Assembly: GCF_009914755.1 (NCBI RefSeq)
Contig: NC_060940.1
Reading direction: 5' to 3' (one strand)
DNA length: 64,000 bases
From: the human T2T-CHM13v2.0 reference genome, Homo sapiens
Below are positions 1 through 17,712 of this stretch, in pieces. Made by a program: the position numbers and the translations under genes. The notes under the pieces are model-generated. The model was not told the DNA's origin. It did not search any database and saw nothing but the letters and a program-made list of their open reading frames with translations. Each line of letters opens with the position of its first letter. Positions within the stretch are counted from its first letter, which is position 1.

Positions 1-152
1 TGGCACATGCTGGATGCTCCCATTAATTTCTAAGCTCTTTGAGGGCGAGGATTGAGTTTAATTAACTGATATCCCCAAGACCTAGCTCAGAGCCCAGGAA
101 AGCTGTGGCACAGTGGGAAGGGAGGTAGGGGTGAGTAAAGTGGGAGACAGAG

Positions 153-557
153 GTGAGTGGGGCGAGAGATAGGGGCGAGTGGGGCGGGAGGCAGGGGGCG
201 AGTGGGGCGGGAGGCAGGGGGCGAGTGTGGCGGGAGGCAGGGGGCGAGTGTGGCGGGAGGCAGGGGGCGAGTGTGGCGGGAGGCAGGGGGCGAGTGTGGC
301 GGGAGGCAGGGGGCGAGTGTGGCGGGAGGCAGGGGGCGAGTGGGGCGGGAGGCAGGGGGCGAGTGGGGCGGGAGGTAGGGGGCGAGTGGGGCGGGAGGTA
401 GGGGCGAGTGGGGCGGGAGGTAGGGGACGAGTGGGGCGGGAGGTAGGGGACGAGTGGGGCGGGAGGTAGGGGTGAGTGGGGCGGGAGGCAGGGGGTGAGC
501 AGGGCAGAAGGGAGAGGCGAGTGGCGGGGGGAGGTGGGGCAGGAGGTAGGGGCGAGT
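153..557. repeat. G-rich minisatellite, 22-23 bp unit GGGGGCGAGTG(G/T)GGCGGGAGG(C/T)A, about 16 copies, in COG7 intron 11
   Basis: Direct tandem periodicity; explains the repetitive ORFs at 82-798. Confidence 0.95.
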
Positions 558-1126
558 TGCTAAGGAAGGTCTGTGCTCTTTGTTGGCAGTTTCTTCTCAC
601 GATTCTTTGTTTTCCGTCATTTCTGAGACCACCAACTGTCTTTAGTCCAAGATTTTTTGTGATGGTTCTCATTATGGGGAAAGGCTCACAGCAGGATAGA
701 GTGGGAGCAGCTGCTGCTGTTCCTAACTCACTCCTGAATGCCCAGCACAGAAATTGCGTGACTTTCGGGAGTGAATAAAACCAAAGTGCCACAGGCATAC
801 AGTAGAGTGTGTGTAAATAATATAAATGAAGTAAATGGTAATTCCTAGGACACAGATTTTCCTTAATCTCTTAATGAAATCAAGTATTACATTCTGAAGG
901 GTAAGGAGAGACTGGTTAGGAGCACGAATGGGGACACAATAGATAAAAGATGGGCCTCTCTGGGCTGCATTTTGCAGCCCAGAGAGGCTGAAAGCCTGGC
1001 TGAGCTTCAAGTCAAGAACAGCCTGGGTGTATCCAAGGGAGCTCCTGAAAGAGATGATGTCATCCTGGAAGCACTAAGCCTGGAAAGGGACAGTCACCAT
1101 CTGTGTTCCTGGCTGGAAGGCTGCAC

Positions 1127-1193
1127 AGTGTGCATGCGTGTGTGTGTGTGTGTGTGTGTGTGCGTGCATGTGTGTGTGTGTGTGTGTGTATGT
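1127..1193. repeat. Interrupted (TG)n microsatellite
   Basis: Direct reading. Confidence 0.95.
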
Positions 1194-2366
1194 GGCAGGC
1201 ACCTGTAAAGCTTATCTTATCTCCCCATCAATCTCACCAGCAGCACCTAGACTCCTACCAAGGACCACTCCCCACCAACAGGCGGGTGGCAGAGGCAACA
1301 GGTCAGAACGCGCTGGGCCGCTCCAGTGACAAGATTGACATTGGCCACCCAGCTCTTATGATCACTTCTCTGCAGAAAGGGATCATTTTGTGATTTACGG
1401 GCTGAGTAAAGCAAGGCCGAGTTGAAATCTCATCTGAGAGATTTCTCTCATCCTGGGCAGCTTGGGCCAGATATAGGGAGATTGCTGTGGCTCCTCTGTA
1501 TTTTCCTAGCACCCATTACTTACTTTTGGAACAGTGGTGCTTTCATTTCACTTTGTACCACCACTAAAAATTTCATCACCCAGAGATTACTTTAGGGCAA
1601 TAAAGAATCACCTAAGAAGGAGGTTAAGGGATTGCTGCTGGTCCCTCAAACAACTGTATGAAACAGACTTCTTCCCCTTAACTCCTAAGGAATAAAGGCA
1701 TCAGCCATACCAAGGGAATCAAGAGATTTCATTTAAAGGGATAAAGAAAGAAATGTGGGAAGCCAGAGCCCCTTGAAGGGAAAAACTGTCTGAGGAAGGC
1801 CACCTCAGGGCAACATAAAAGCCCTGGCAGGTATGAGAAGAGAGGAAGGGAGTAGGACAAGCTTTTCCAGGGCAGACCCCAGAGATTCCCCTTTGATACA
1901 CAGCCCTTCAGCAGCACGGAATTTGACTGCAGGACCCAGAAGGCAGGCTGCCTAAGTTCACCCCGATCCTGAAGGCTGGCCCAAGGGACTTCACCACCAC
2001 TTGTCACACCGTTTCTATATGGAAATTTATTTTTAGTCCCAACAACTAATTTATAAACAAGCAGTCGGAACCAAGCCCATTCCTAATTTGGAGACAAGAT
2101 GCACTGTTTCCTCATTTAGGCTGAAACCACCATATCAAACCAAAATTACGTGACCCCTGCCAAGTAGGACAAAGCCTTGCCCTTTTTAGGTGCTCAATAA
2201 ACGTTTAATGATGACAATAATGACACGCTGTATCTAGGTACAGACAGTCCTCCAGCCCTGTGGCCTTCACATCTGGCATATGCTGTCCTTGCTGTACTGT
2301 GTACTAGACCAAGCTCGTGCTGATCAGGAACCCCAGGGTGTAGAGGACAATGACTCCTCTCTCCTA

Positions 2367-2483
<117 letters not shown>

Positions 2484-2749
2484 TTACAGGACAAACATTG
2501 TCTTATTCATAAAAATCCTAACTATTTGCTCCTTTGGGTAGTTCTGGTTCTGGGAAAGCCGTTAAACATCTGCTGGCCTGAAATGTTTCATTCATTAGTC
2601 ATTAATGTAAAAAGAAAATGCTGGTCCCTTCCAATAACCTCCATTGTCACTGGCATCTCTGCTACGAAAGCACAATTCTATCCATGGCCCCCTCAAATAA
2701 TTTTACATTTCCAAAATACTCAGCTTTGTCCTTGAGAAAAACAGGGTAG

Positions 2750-3016
<267 letters not shown>

Positions 3017-3575
3017 TGATCCGCCTGCCTTGGCCTCCCAAAATGCTGGGATTATAGGAGTGAGCCACCACATCCTGCCTGTATCTAAAATTAAAAACAA
3101 AAAAAATGTATCACTTAATATTTGCTAGATGCCTGCTAGTTTCCAGACACAGAAAATGTTTTGGTACTAGAAGTATCTTTCCCTGATCATATGAAAGGCA
3201 GATGAAGATTAATCCATTTGTTTCTCAGAGATAAGCCCAAATGACCATCATATCCGTATTGAATGATCCTTTAATTTTCAAGTAATTTTATGCCAAGCCT
3301 CAAACTCCCAGCTGCTGGGTCCTTCAACACCAAACTCATAATGTCAGGACAAATCCAAGGATTAAAAACATCTTAAGTCTAGTTAACTTTTAACCTTCTC
3401 TAAAAGTGCGCATCATCACCAGGCTATCTAGGCATTCCATCATAAGAAAAGTTTATGAGAAGGTAAAATATTCCACTTCCCTTACGTGCAACAGAACAAA
3501 CTTGTGCATAATATTTTCCAGAATACCAAACCACCACGGGTGATAAGGGATACAGTTAGCATCTAGAACATTACA

Positions 3576-3679
3576 TTTTTTTTAAATTTTATTTTAAGTT
3601 CCGGGATACATGTGTAGGACGTGCAGGTTTGTTAATAGGTAAACGTGTGTCATCGTGGTTTGCTGCACCTATCAACCCA
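3576..3679 (-). mobile_element. Heavily 5'-truncated L1PA 3' end (~105 bp) with target-site duplication
   Basis: T-tract then ttttaagttccgggatacatgtg...gctgcacctatcaaccc (L1PA 3'UTR); TSD tagaacatta at 3564 and 3680. Confidence 0.85.
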
Positions 3680-3854
3680 TAGAACATTAAATTTCATCAA
3701 AACAATCCAGAACAGAGCCTGTGAGGTGAGGTAATAATCTAAAATGGTCCTGAGTGGTCCTGGATCTACCCAACGGCCTTGGGTGGGTCTGGGTCTGCTC
3801 TGGCATGGGCCACCGCATTAAGAACCACATGTGTCACGGGCAAGGGTCAGGTAA

Positions 3855-4299
<445 letters not shown>

Positions 4300-4668
4300 T
4301 GAGAGCCTAATCGTATCACTATTAGCCCACTTGGGAGAGGAGAGAAGCACTGCACAACAGGGAACCCGTGCCCAGTTTCTCAGGGACCCCTGCTGCCAGC
4401 CCCAGTGGCTATGACAATGCAGGCCCAGTGTTGCCTGAGCATCTCATTTTTTAGGTGACATTAGAAATCCGGATCATGTTAAATCTAGTTTTTAAATATT
4501 GGCAACAAATCCACTTGTTAAAAACTGCAATGATCAAACATGTCCATAGGTCAAATCTGGCCATAGGCCAACAGTCCATGCTCTCCAGCTGGACATGTCA
4601 AGGACCAAATCTTCTCAGGCAACTGCTGATCGAACCTCCATCAAGCCTCAGGGACTGGGGCAAAATAG

Positions 4669-5065
<397 letters not shown>

Positions 5066-5519
5066 TGAACTCTTAAATGGCCCTTTCCAGGCCAAATAGC
5101 GTTGCCTGGAACCATTTAGTACCATGTACCATGGTTCTCAGATCCAGAAACAGGATCCGATCACCTATGCATTTTCTAATACATAAGCCCTAAGTTATTT
5201 TAGGTCTATAAAAACTATACGCTAAGGTGGGGGTAAAAAATCTCACATCAAATATAAAAAATTTAAGTCATTAAAGGAGATGAGGCATTTGTAAAGAACT
5301 TTTAAAAATATCTTAAGAGCTGGAGGGGTCTTTTTGTTGGTTGGTTTGGGTTGGGTTTTATTGGTTTGTGTTTAGAGTCTGGAGTATTTGCTTTTTAAAA
5401 AGGCAGTGAAAGAAAAAAAACGAACCCCTTCCAAACACATTTGTCATTTTTATATACTATATCATGCATGTTTATGCTGGCTACATTAGGAACAAGCTTG
5501 AATTACAACCCCCGGTTTA

Positions 5520-5669
<150 letters not shown>

Positions 5670-6769
5670 TCACCACTGATTCCCCAACTCTAAAGAGACC
5701 TGGAATTCTACAGCTCTGGACAAATTGCTAATGGCCTTGAGAGCATCTTTAGAGGCTCCCACCGACGAGTGAAACTGCTTGTAAACCTCTGAACACAAAA
5801 AGTTCTTCTCTATGTGGCAAGACTGTCTTCACCACCTGGTTGAGCAGTTTCTAAAAGAGATGCCCAAGAGGAGAAGGAAGGAATAATCGTGAAGTTGACT
5901 CCAGGGAGCAACCAGGTGAGAGATGATGCTGATAAATCCCCCCTCATCCAGATAAGTACATTTCTGTGAAAGCAGGTTTGAAGAACTGTTTAAACATCAC
6001 GGTCCCATGGTAATAACTGACTGTGACCTGGGATAACGTAAGGAAGGTCATGACATCCAAGGTACCTCTGCATCATTCTCATCCTCTAAATTTAGATTAA
6101 ATACCCGTGGCAAAAAGATTAAAGTTTCACGGCTGGCAAGTGTCTGACTTTAATGGGACAGACGCATGAAAGTGGATTCAAAGCCAGGAGATCCTCCCTC
6201 ACAGGCTGCGTTGTTTGCTCTCACTGTACACACATACTTTTCCCTCACAGCATCTAAAACACTGTAATTAAACAGCTTGTTTAGACAGGGCATGGTGGCT
6301 CACACCTGTAATCCCAGCACCTTGGGAGGCTGAGGAAGGAGGATCACTTGAGCTCAAGGAGTTCGAGACCTGCCTGGGCAACAGAGTGAGATCCCATCTC
6401 TAAAAAAAACAAAAAAATTAGGCGGGTGTGGTAGCTCATGCCTGTAATCACAGCACTTTGGGAGGCCGAGGTAAGAGGACCACTTGTGCATGGAAGTTCA
6501 AGACCACACTGGGTGACATGGCAAAACTTTGTCTCTACAAAGAATACAAAAATTAGCCTGGCGTGGTGGCGCATGCCTGTAGTCCCAGCTACTCAGGAGG
6601 CTGGGGTGGAAAGATGGCTTGAGCCTAGGAGGTCAAGGCTGCAGTGGGCCATGAGCACGCCACTGCACTCCAGCCTGGGTGGCAGAGCAAGACCCTGTCT
6701 CCAGATAAAGAAATAGCTTGTATGATGCTTATTGCTGCTGCTAGACTTTAAGCTCTGGGAGAACAGAGT

Positions 6770-6940
6770 CTGTGCCTCATACTTATATCCCCAGGAACTA
6801 GCACAGAGCTGGACATAAAGGAGGGAGTCATGTCCTCTGAAAGCTACGAAACCTGTGCCTCATACTTATATCCCCAGGAACTAGCACAGAGCTGGACATA
6901 AAGGAGGGAGTCATGTCCTCTGAAAGCTACGAAACCTGTG
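6770..6940. repeat. Perfect 83-bp tandem duplication
   Basis: 6770-6852 is identical to 6853-6935; CTGTG at the junctions. Confidence 0.95.
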
Positions 6941-9038
6941 ACATTTGCATGCATCACAAGAGGCCTTGCCGCTTGCCCCTCCCAAAACGAAGCTCTAAAT
7001 GAGGAAAGTGAAATGTGAGGACCCAGGGCACAGCCCCAAAAGGTCAGTCCATGCAGTGGAGACACAGGCCACTCAATGAACCAACTGGAAGAAACGGCTT
7101 CAGGTCACTCCACTGACTGCAAATGATCCTGCTGCTCCCTTTACAGAGAGCTCGATGCTTTCAGGTGGAAAGCTGCAAAACCCAGAGTACCACTGACAAC
7201 ACCTTCCCCTTGCACCAAGAGAGGTGACAGCTTTCTAGGGTTATAAGTCCCAGGAAGGAGAGGGGCTGGCCTCAAGCACAAACTGACAGGGGAATGTTAA
7301 GGAACATGATTGTGCTTTAGCCATGGGAAGTTAAACAACCATGTCACCACCTCTGCAACTATGGCAAATATCCATGTGCTCTGCAGAAAGAGCAGGTACA
7401 CACTGCAGGAGAAGGAGTTTTGTTTAGCCACTATTCTCAGGTATGGTTATAAGCAAATGCTTTCTCTATTTCATTAGCTGTCAATCCAGAATTCTAAATG
7501 GTTTGTCATGAAATCTCAGAGGAAAAGTGTAGCTTTCATCACATCATTTTTGTTCCCAAACCCTCCAGCTGTTTCTCACAATACACATTTCCAATTGTCA
7601 ACCATGTCAGAGTCACCGTGTTAGGGGCTTTAATGATATGCTTTTGGTTAATATTCACAACCTCCTTGGAAAGGAGATATTGTCATCATCAGTTTACTCA
7701 GAGAGGAACACTACCATCTCTAAGGTCCCCACTAGTAAGTGTCCAGAGCTCCCATGCCCATCACAGTCTTAATACCCCTCCTTCTTGAACCACCGGTTGG
7801 CCACTATACTCTATGCTTCATCCTAGTTCGAGTTAGGCCAACCTGCACCTGCCTTTCCTGCGTACCCTGTTCTCCTTGCCCCTGCCTCCCTTAATACCCT
7901 TCCCCAAACCCTCCTCACTACTGAACAATGTGCCATTTGAACCCTGCTCAAGTTAGCTTCAACCTGATTTCCCTGATTTTATAAGCATCAGCTATTTTGG
8001 TAACTTCAAAATCTTCCCTTTTAGAGAAGATGGCCTGGGTTTTCCAGATATACTTTTGTACAGTTTGAATGCTTAATATGGAAATGTATTATTTTGATTT
8101 TTTTTTATTTTTTATTTTTTGAGACAGAGTTTTGTTCTTGTTGCACAGGCTGGAGTGCCATGGCACAGTCTTGGCTCACTGCAAGCTCTGCCTCTTGGAT
8201 TCAGCAATTTTTATGTCTCAGCCTCCTGAGCAGCTGGGATTACAGGCATCCACCATCATGCCTACCTGATTTTTGCATTTTTAGTAGAGATGAGCTTCGC
8301 CACGTTGACCAGGGTGGTTTCGAACTCCTGACCTCAAGTGATCCACCTGCCTCAGCCACCCAAAGTGCTGGGATTACAAGCGTGAGCCACCACACCCAGC
8401 CTGATGTTTCTTTTTCTGCAGGAACACATTCAGGCTCATCCGGCCACACCAGATGATGTGTTCCTATAGAAATGCCTACGTGGAACTGCCCTGGGAGGTG
8501 CTGGATGCCCGATGGCAATGCCAGGGAGCTCTGGGTCCAAGGAGCCTCCACAGTTCACAGAGGCATGCTCAGTATTTCTGGAACAATCAGAGACAGGGCT
8601 TCACCATGTTGGCCAAGCTGGTCTCGAACTCCTGAGTTTAAGCAATCCACCTGTCTTGGCCTCCCAAAGTACTGGGATTACAGGCGTGATTCACCGCACC
8701 AGGCCAAAGGTCCTTTTTCTTGTTCAAATAAACTTTGTTAAATTTAACTTGTCTAAGGTTTCTTTTTTTTTCTTAACATACTTTAACTGCTGCACAAGTT
8801 TCCCTCATATGAATATGTCACATCTTAAGTAACCTTCCCTAATGGGTAGACATTTACGTTGTTTCAAATGTTCCACCATTACAAACAATGCCACTATGAA
8901 TATCCTTAACAACATCCTCTTGGGTTCAGGTGCAAGTGTTTCCCAGGGTTCAGAGAACAAATACAGAACACGTGCATTTTTATCTGGGACAGACACTGCT
9001 CCAATGTGGCCCGTCTGGTCCCCAGTTCCCCAGCCTTA

Positions 9039-9446
<408 letters not shown>

Positions 9447-9721
9447 TCATTGCTTTCCTCTTTTTCTGTGATTATTAAGATGGCATCTCTTCCTCTGGCT
9501 CTCGAGCTACGATTCAAATTCTCCTTATCAGACGCTCCAAAGAATGTAGCAAAAGGGGGCTGGGTGCAGTGGCTCAAGCCTGTAATCCCAGTACTTTGGA
9601 TGGCAGACGTGGGCAGATTGCTCCAGCCCAGGAGTTTGAGACCAGCCTGGTCAACATGGCGAAACCCCATCTCTACAAAAAATTAGCCTGGCATGGTGAC
9701 ATGCACCTGTAGTCCCAACTA

Positions 9722-9820
<99 letters not shown>

Positions 9821-10772
9821 TCAACCTGTATGACAGAGCAAGACCCTCTCAAAAAAATAAAAATAAAAAATAAGGCAAAAGGAAAATGCTTCCTTCCTTC
9901 AGGTGCAAGTATGGCACTGAAGTGCAATAGACTTTCTAGGTATATCCCTAGAAAACAAGAAAATGGTAAGAGGCAGTAGATTTGAACTACTATAAGATCA
10001 ATTCTGAAATATCAATGTACCTCATGCTAGACAACCTTATGACTTGAAAACAAAATAATATTTGAAATGGAAATGGCCTCAGTTCCACCCCTGGTGCCCA
10101 CATAGCATAGTGAACCTGCCCCTGCAGCATTGCCCATGAGTGCTAAGATCCTGTGCCCATTTGCATGTCTTCCTTAAACAAAAGACCGCCTTAGTAAGAA
10201 ATTAGTAAACCAGGGAGATAATCAACTTATCCCCCAAAAGATTTAAGCCTCTCATTTTGTTTAACCTTCATTGGGGATTTTAAATAGAAAACTAGGGCCC
10301 GGCAGGGTGGCACATGCCTGTAATTCCAGTACTTTGGAAGCCCAAGGTGGGTGGGTTGCTTGAGCCCAGGAGTTTGAGACCAGCCTGGGCAACATGGCAA
10401 AACTGTCTCTACAAAAAATACACAAAAATGAGCCAGGCATGGTGGTGCATGCCTGGAGTCCCAGCTACTCAGGAGGCTGAGGCAGGAGGATCACTTGAGC
10501 CCAGGAGATCAAGGCTGCAGTGAGTTGTAATCAATCGCACCACTACACTCCAGCCTGGGCGACAGATGGAGACTCTGTCTCAATCCATCAATCAATAGAA
10601 AATTGGTAGCAAATATATGGTCTCATTTTACATTGGGATTACAAGAGCCCACAAGTGCTTAAAGGTCATATTTCAGCACCCCGGATCCCAACCCCCAGCC
10701 CTCTCCCAGACGTGGCCAAGACCCTGGCTAACAGAATGCTTCCTCAGTGGCCCCAGGACACTGCGACTTTAC

Positions 10773-10900
10773 CAGAGGCACAGCACTCATCTGGATGAGG
10801 AGGTTGCTCTCTTCCATGTCGCCATACTTCAGCTGGTAGGGTTTGTATGGATCATACACAGCATCCACCAGCTCCGTGACTTTTACCAGATTGTGTTCAT
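10773..10900 (-). CDS. COG7: COG7 exon 8 ([10 protein letters not shown]...QMSAVPL, 128 nt)
   Basis: Acceptor ttccctaaag; donor CTG|GTAAAG; phase 1 to 0, open frame. Confidence 0.94.
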
Positions 10901-11180
10901 CTTTAGGGAATCAGAAATGTAAAACGATAATGAACAAAGAATCTGAAATTAACTGTGGGAAAGCAACAATCAAGAGGCGCTCTACTAGAACTTTCCCCAT
11001 TTGATCTCCAGAGGGGACTATATTTTGTTAAGCAGCTTTTATCATTCATGGAAGCTTCTCCTACAATCAGTTCAGCAAATATCTGGATAAATTTGGGCTT
11101 TGCACATTGTTTGCCTAAAGCACTATTAAAGACACCAGCCCCCTGAATCCCATGACCCACCACAAATAAGAATCCCTTCA

Positions 11181-11482
<302 letters not shown>

Positions 11483-11631
11483 TCAAAAAAAAAAAAAAAG
11501 ATAACCCTCATCAAGGTCAGGTTCAAGAATTGCCACAGAGGCTGGGCTCGGTGGCTCACACTTGTAATCCCAGCACTTTGGGAAGCGGAGGTGGGCGTAT
11601 CACCTGAGGTCAGGAGTTTGAGACCAGCCTA

Positions 11632-11896
<265 letters not shown>

Positions 11897-14509
11897 CTAG
11901 GACTTCCTAGAAACAGAATACCCCCACTGGCAGGTCGTGGTGGCTCACACGTGTAATCCCAGCACTTTGGGAGGCCGAGGTGAGCGGATTTCTTGAGGTT
12001 AGGAGTTTGAGACCAGCCCTGGCCAATACTGTGAAACCCCATCTCTACTAAAAATACAAAAAAAATTTAGCTGGGCATGGTAGCATGCATCTGTGGTCCC
12101 AGCTACCTGGGAGGCTGAGGCAAGAGAATTCCTTGAACCCGGGAAGCTGAGATTACACCACTGCACTCCAGCCTGGGTGACAGAGCGAGAGTCCGTCTCA
12201 AAACAAAAACAAAAAACAAAAGGATACCCCATAGCCCAGGCATTCCAAAAATTCCTACGTTCAACCACATAAAAATGTAAAACACGCTGTATCAGAATGT
12301 AAATGTGCATATTCTACAACACAGTAATTCAATTCCTGAAAATCATCTCAAAGAAATCAACAAATACACAGAGACAGAAGGATGTTCATGGAAACATGGC
12401 TCAGAATCAGAAAGCTTTGGACACAGTCTCAACAGGGGATTAGTAAATGTAATAGCCTACTTACTGGTATCCTCACATCCTTCTGGTCCCCTCCTTCAGC
12501 TAGTTTTATTATTACTTCTACAGCCTCATCCTCCTTCCCTCTTCCTCTAGCTCCCAGCCTTCTCTCAGTTCCTAAAAGCTTCCTTCTGTTCACATGCTGA
12601 TCCTCTGTCTGGAAGGACCGGCTTCGTCCCTTCCCCTCTTTATCTAGTTAACTCCTACTTCTCCTTCAATACTCACTCAGCTAAAGTCTGCTGCTCTTGA
12701 TTTCTGGCACCAATTTTACAAGGTTTTGTAGAGATTAGGTAAAGTAATGTGGGTCTAACATGGTAATAATCAAATCTGCACATGTATAGAATCCAAAGTG
12801 TTATTTCTTTTTTCTTCTTCTTTTCTTTTTTCTTCGAGACAGGATCTCACTCAGTTCCCCAGACTAAGGTGCAGTGGTCCAACCACAGGTCACCATTGCC
12901 TTGGCCTCCCAGGCTCAAGAGATCTCCCCACCCCAGCCTCCTGAGTAGCTAGTACTACAGGTGTATGCTACTATACCTGGCTAATTTTTTTTTTTTTTTT
13001 TTTTTTTTGTAGAGATGGGGTATATGTTTCCAGAGCTGATCTTGAACTCCTAGAATCAAATGACTCCCTCACCTTGGCCTCCCAAAGTGCTGAGATTACA
13101 GGTGCGAGCCCCCATGCCTGGCCCAAAATGCTGTTTCTGAATGGTGAGTTGAGAATGATTTCTTTTTCCTTCCTTGTTTTTTCCTAGATTTTTCTATAAT
13201 GATAAAGTCAACCTAAATTTTTAAAAATTTACTTTATATTGCATAATCTTTTATATTTTGAATTGTATTAGGTACATGTATTAACTATTAAAATAATAGA
13301 AAAAATGTTAAGGGTAAAATTAAAAGTTAGGCAATATATTTACAACATATTTGATAAGCAATGGTAAAAATTCCTCACTATATAAGGATCTTTCAGGAAT
13401 ATGCACCAAATTTGTAACAGTGGTTAAAGTGGGATTATAGGAGAGTTATTTTGTGTCACAGATTTCTATATCATTAATTCTTATAATACATATTTTGTTG
13501 CTTTTTATAATATATTTAATAATATATTATTTTAAATAAATTGCTCTTATAAATTAACCAGAAATAGGTTAAACTCCCAAACAGAATAACAGGCTAAAGA
13601 ATAAGCAATTCAAAAGAGAAAAGATACTTTTTATCATGTAACTTTCAAACTTGCTAATAACCAAAGTGAAAAACTAAAATGGCATATCAGTAATTGTCTA
13701 AGAACCTGGCAATGACAGGAGAAAAAAAGAATCTAGTGCTGGTGAGGGGATGGCAACACAGGCACCTTCGTTCACTACTGATAGATACAAAAACAGGTCT
13801 AAAGAACAAAATGTGTCAGGAGGCTGAGGAAGGAGAATGGCATGAACCCAGGAGGTGGAGGCTTCAGTGAGCCGAAATTGTGCCACTGCACTCCCGCCTG
13901 GGCAACAGAGTGAGACTCCATCTCAAAAAAAAAAAAAAAAAAAAGAACAAAATGTGACAAGTATCTTCAAAGTTTTCATTTCTGAGCAACTGCAAATTTA
14001 AACTTATCCTAAGGAATAATCGGAGCTAGGCTCAAAAACTAATGTATAAAACAGTTCATTATAGTTTTATATATCATAGTGATTAAAAATGGTAGTAAAT
14101 TGGCCAGGTGTGGTAGCTCACACCTGTAATCCCAGCACTTTGAGAGGCCAAGGCAGGAGAATCACTTGAGCCTAGGAGTTTGAGATCAGCCTGAGCAAAA
14201 TAGGAAGACCCTGTCTCTACAAAAAATTTTTAAAAATGAGTCAGCCTTGGTGGCATGTGCCCGTGGTCTCAACTACTCAGGAGACTGAGTTCAGAGAATC
14301 ACTTGAGCCCAGAAGGTTCAAGGCTACAGTAAGCTGTGATAGTGTCACTGCACTCTAACCTGGGCGACAGAGCAAGACCCTGTCTCAAAAAAACAAAAAA
14401 AAAATAAAGACAACAAAACTATGTCTTAGGAAAACATTTAATGACATAAGAAAATGCCCATTATATTATTTTGAGCATTTCAAAAAATGAAAATATAAGA
14501 CTGTCTACA

Positions 14510-14680
14510 ACCAATATTTTAAGATATTTTGTATATATTATATAACATATATTATTACATGTAAATATATAAAAGTATTTAATATATTTAATATGTTATG
14601 TATTTATTACATAATATTTATATGGTAGATATTAAGTATATTAATATTTGTGAACAATGTATATTTATATTTGTATTACT
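14510..14680. repeat. AT-rich low-complexity tract
   Basis: Degenerate TA-rich run. Confidence 0.8.
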
Positions 14681-14839
14681 GGAAGCAAATAATGTTGTTG
14701 GTGGCTCTGACTGATGAGTTTATGGATTGTTCTTGCTCTCTTTTTATTTTTGTGTGTGTTTCCAAAAAATTTTTAAGTTAAAAGAAAAACTAAAACTCTT
14801 TTGGAAAACCTCAGGGAGAATCATTAGTAATCTAGGTCA

Positions 14840-15217
<378 letters not shown>

Positions 15218-15334
15218 TCACCTGAGGTCATGAGTTCGAGACCAGCCTGGCCAACATGGCGAAACCCCATCTCTACTAAAAAATACAAAAATTAGCCTGG
15301 TGTGGTGGCACACACCTGTAGTCCCAACTATTCA

Positions 15335-15445
<111 letters not shown>

Positions 15446-16210
15446 CTAGCAAAGCACTTCCAGATCTGTCTCAAGGGTGGTTCTCTTCCCCACTACATCC
15501 ATCCCCAGGGGAAGGATGCAGCCATTCCTTGCTCCACCTTCGTCCCACTGTGCTGCAGCAACTCGCCTTAGCCCAGCTCTCTCAACTCTCCTTAGCCACT
15601 TCCACAAAGGCATCACGGTCCCTTGGAAGCTTCCCCATCCACTGGGCCTTTCCCATAACTAAGGCCTGACCTGTGAGCATGCCAAAAACACCGATGAGTC
15701 ATCAGGAATCCGAACAATAAACACACTCCCTGGAACGTACAAGGCAATTATACACAGATGTAATTAAAGAGAAGAACTATTAAATAAACCAAGTCAGTGA
15801 CACACAGCCGCCGAACAGCAGAACAAGGCCTTCCTGAAGCAATTTCCTGATTTGACAGCAACATGCGTCACGGGGTCTGTGTTCTTTAAAAATTTATAAA
15901 GCTTTTAACATAGACGGGAAAGAGCTTGGAGAGCATCACACACCAGGCACTGTTTACCCAAATGGGAGTAAGGGGTGCTCTGCTCTCAGTCGGCCACCGG
16001 GGAAAGCCCATTTTCTCTACAACCACCTGTAGTCCTAACACAGCTCCCCTGCCCTGGGACACTTGCTGTTGCTCCTTCAAAAAGCCCCTGTAGGCTGGGC
16101 ACAGTGGCTCATGCCTGTAATCCCAGCACTTTGGGAGGCCGAGGCGGGCAGATCACCTGAGGTCAGGAGTTCGAGACCAGCCTCAACATGGAGAAACCCA
16201 ATCTCTACTA

Positions 16211-16369
<159 letters not shown>

Positions 16370-16796
16370 TCAAAAAAAAAAAAAAAAAAAAAGCCCTTGT
16401 AGCCTGTTTGTTCTCTAAAACTGACTTTTGAGGTTGAAATGTCTGAGGCTTCGTGATGACTTCAAAGGATAAGCACACTTGCCTCCTGGTGTAATCTGCC
16501 GCCAACTCTTTGCCATAACATCTACCTGCCTCACTGTGATGCCTCTTTTATATCCCAAGCCCCACAGAGGTGTCCATCACTTCCCCAGAGCATGTAAGGC
16601 ACCCAGGCAGCACTGGAGCCAGGCAAAGATATTAAACAACTATTTCCTTGATGGCAATGTTTTTTCATGGAAAAGCCCTCCACATCTGCTGAGAAGGAAA
16701 ACACCGATCCCTTCCATTTCTGTAAAATCAGTCATCTGAAAAGGCAAACAAATCCAGGCCCCAGAAGCTTCAGAAAGAGCGAGTAAAGACAAGCTA

Positions 16797-17048
<252 letters not shown>

Positions 17049-17085
17049 TTAGCACATGGAGCCAAATAGGAGCCCACCTTTTTTA

Positions 17086-17712
<627 letters not shown>

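Noticed and set aside
153-557. Repeat array as a CRISPR-like locus
   Set aside because: Contiguous tandem units with no unique spacers; human intron; no cas genes
82-798. 238-aa Pro-rich ORF and overlapping Gly/Arg-rich ORFs
   Set aside because: Translation of the 23-bp VNTR, which is stop-free by composition; no splice or promoter support
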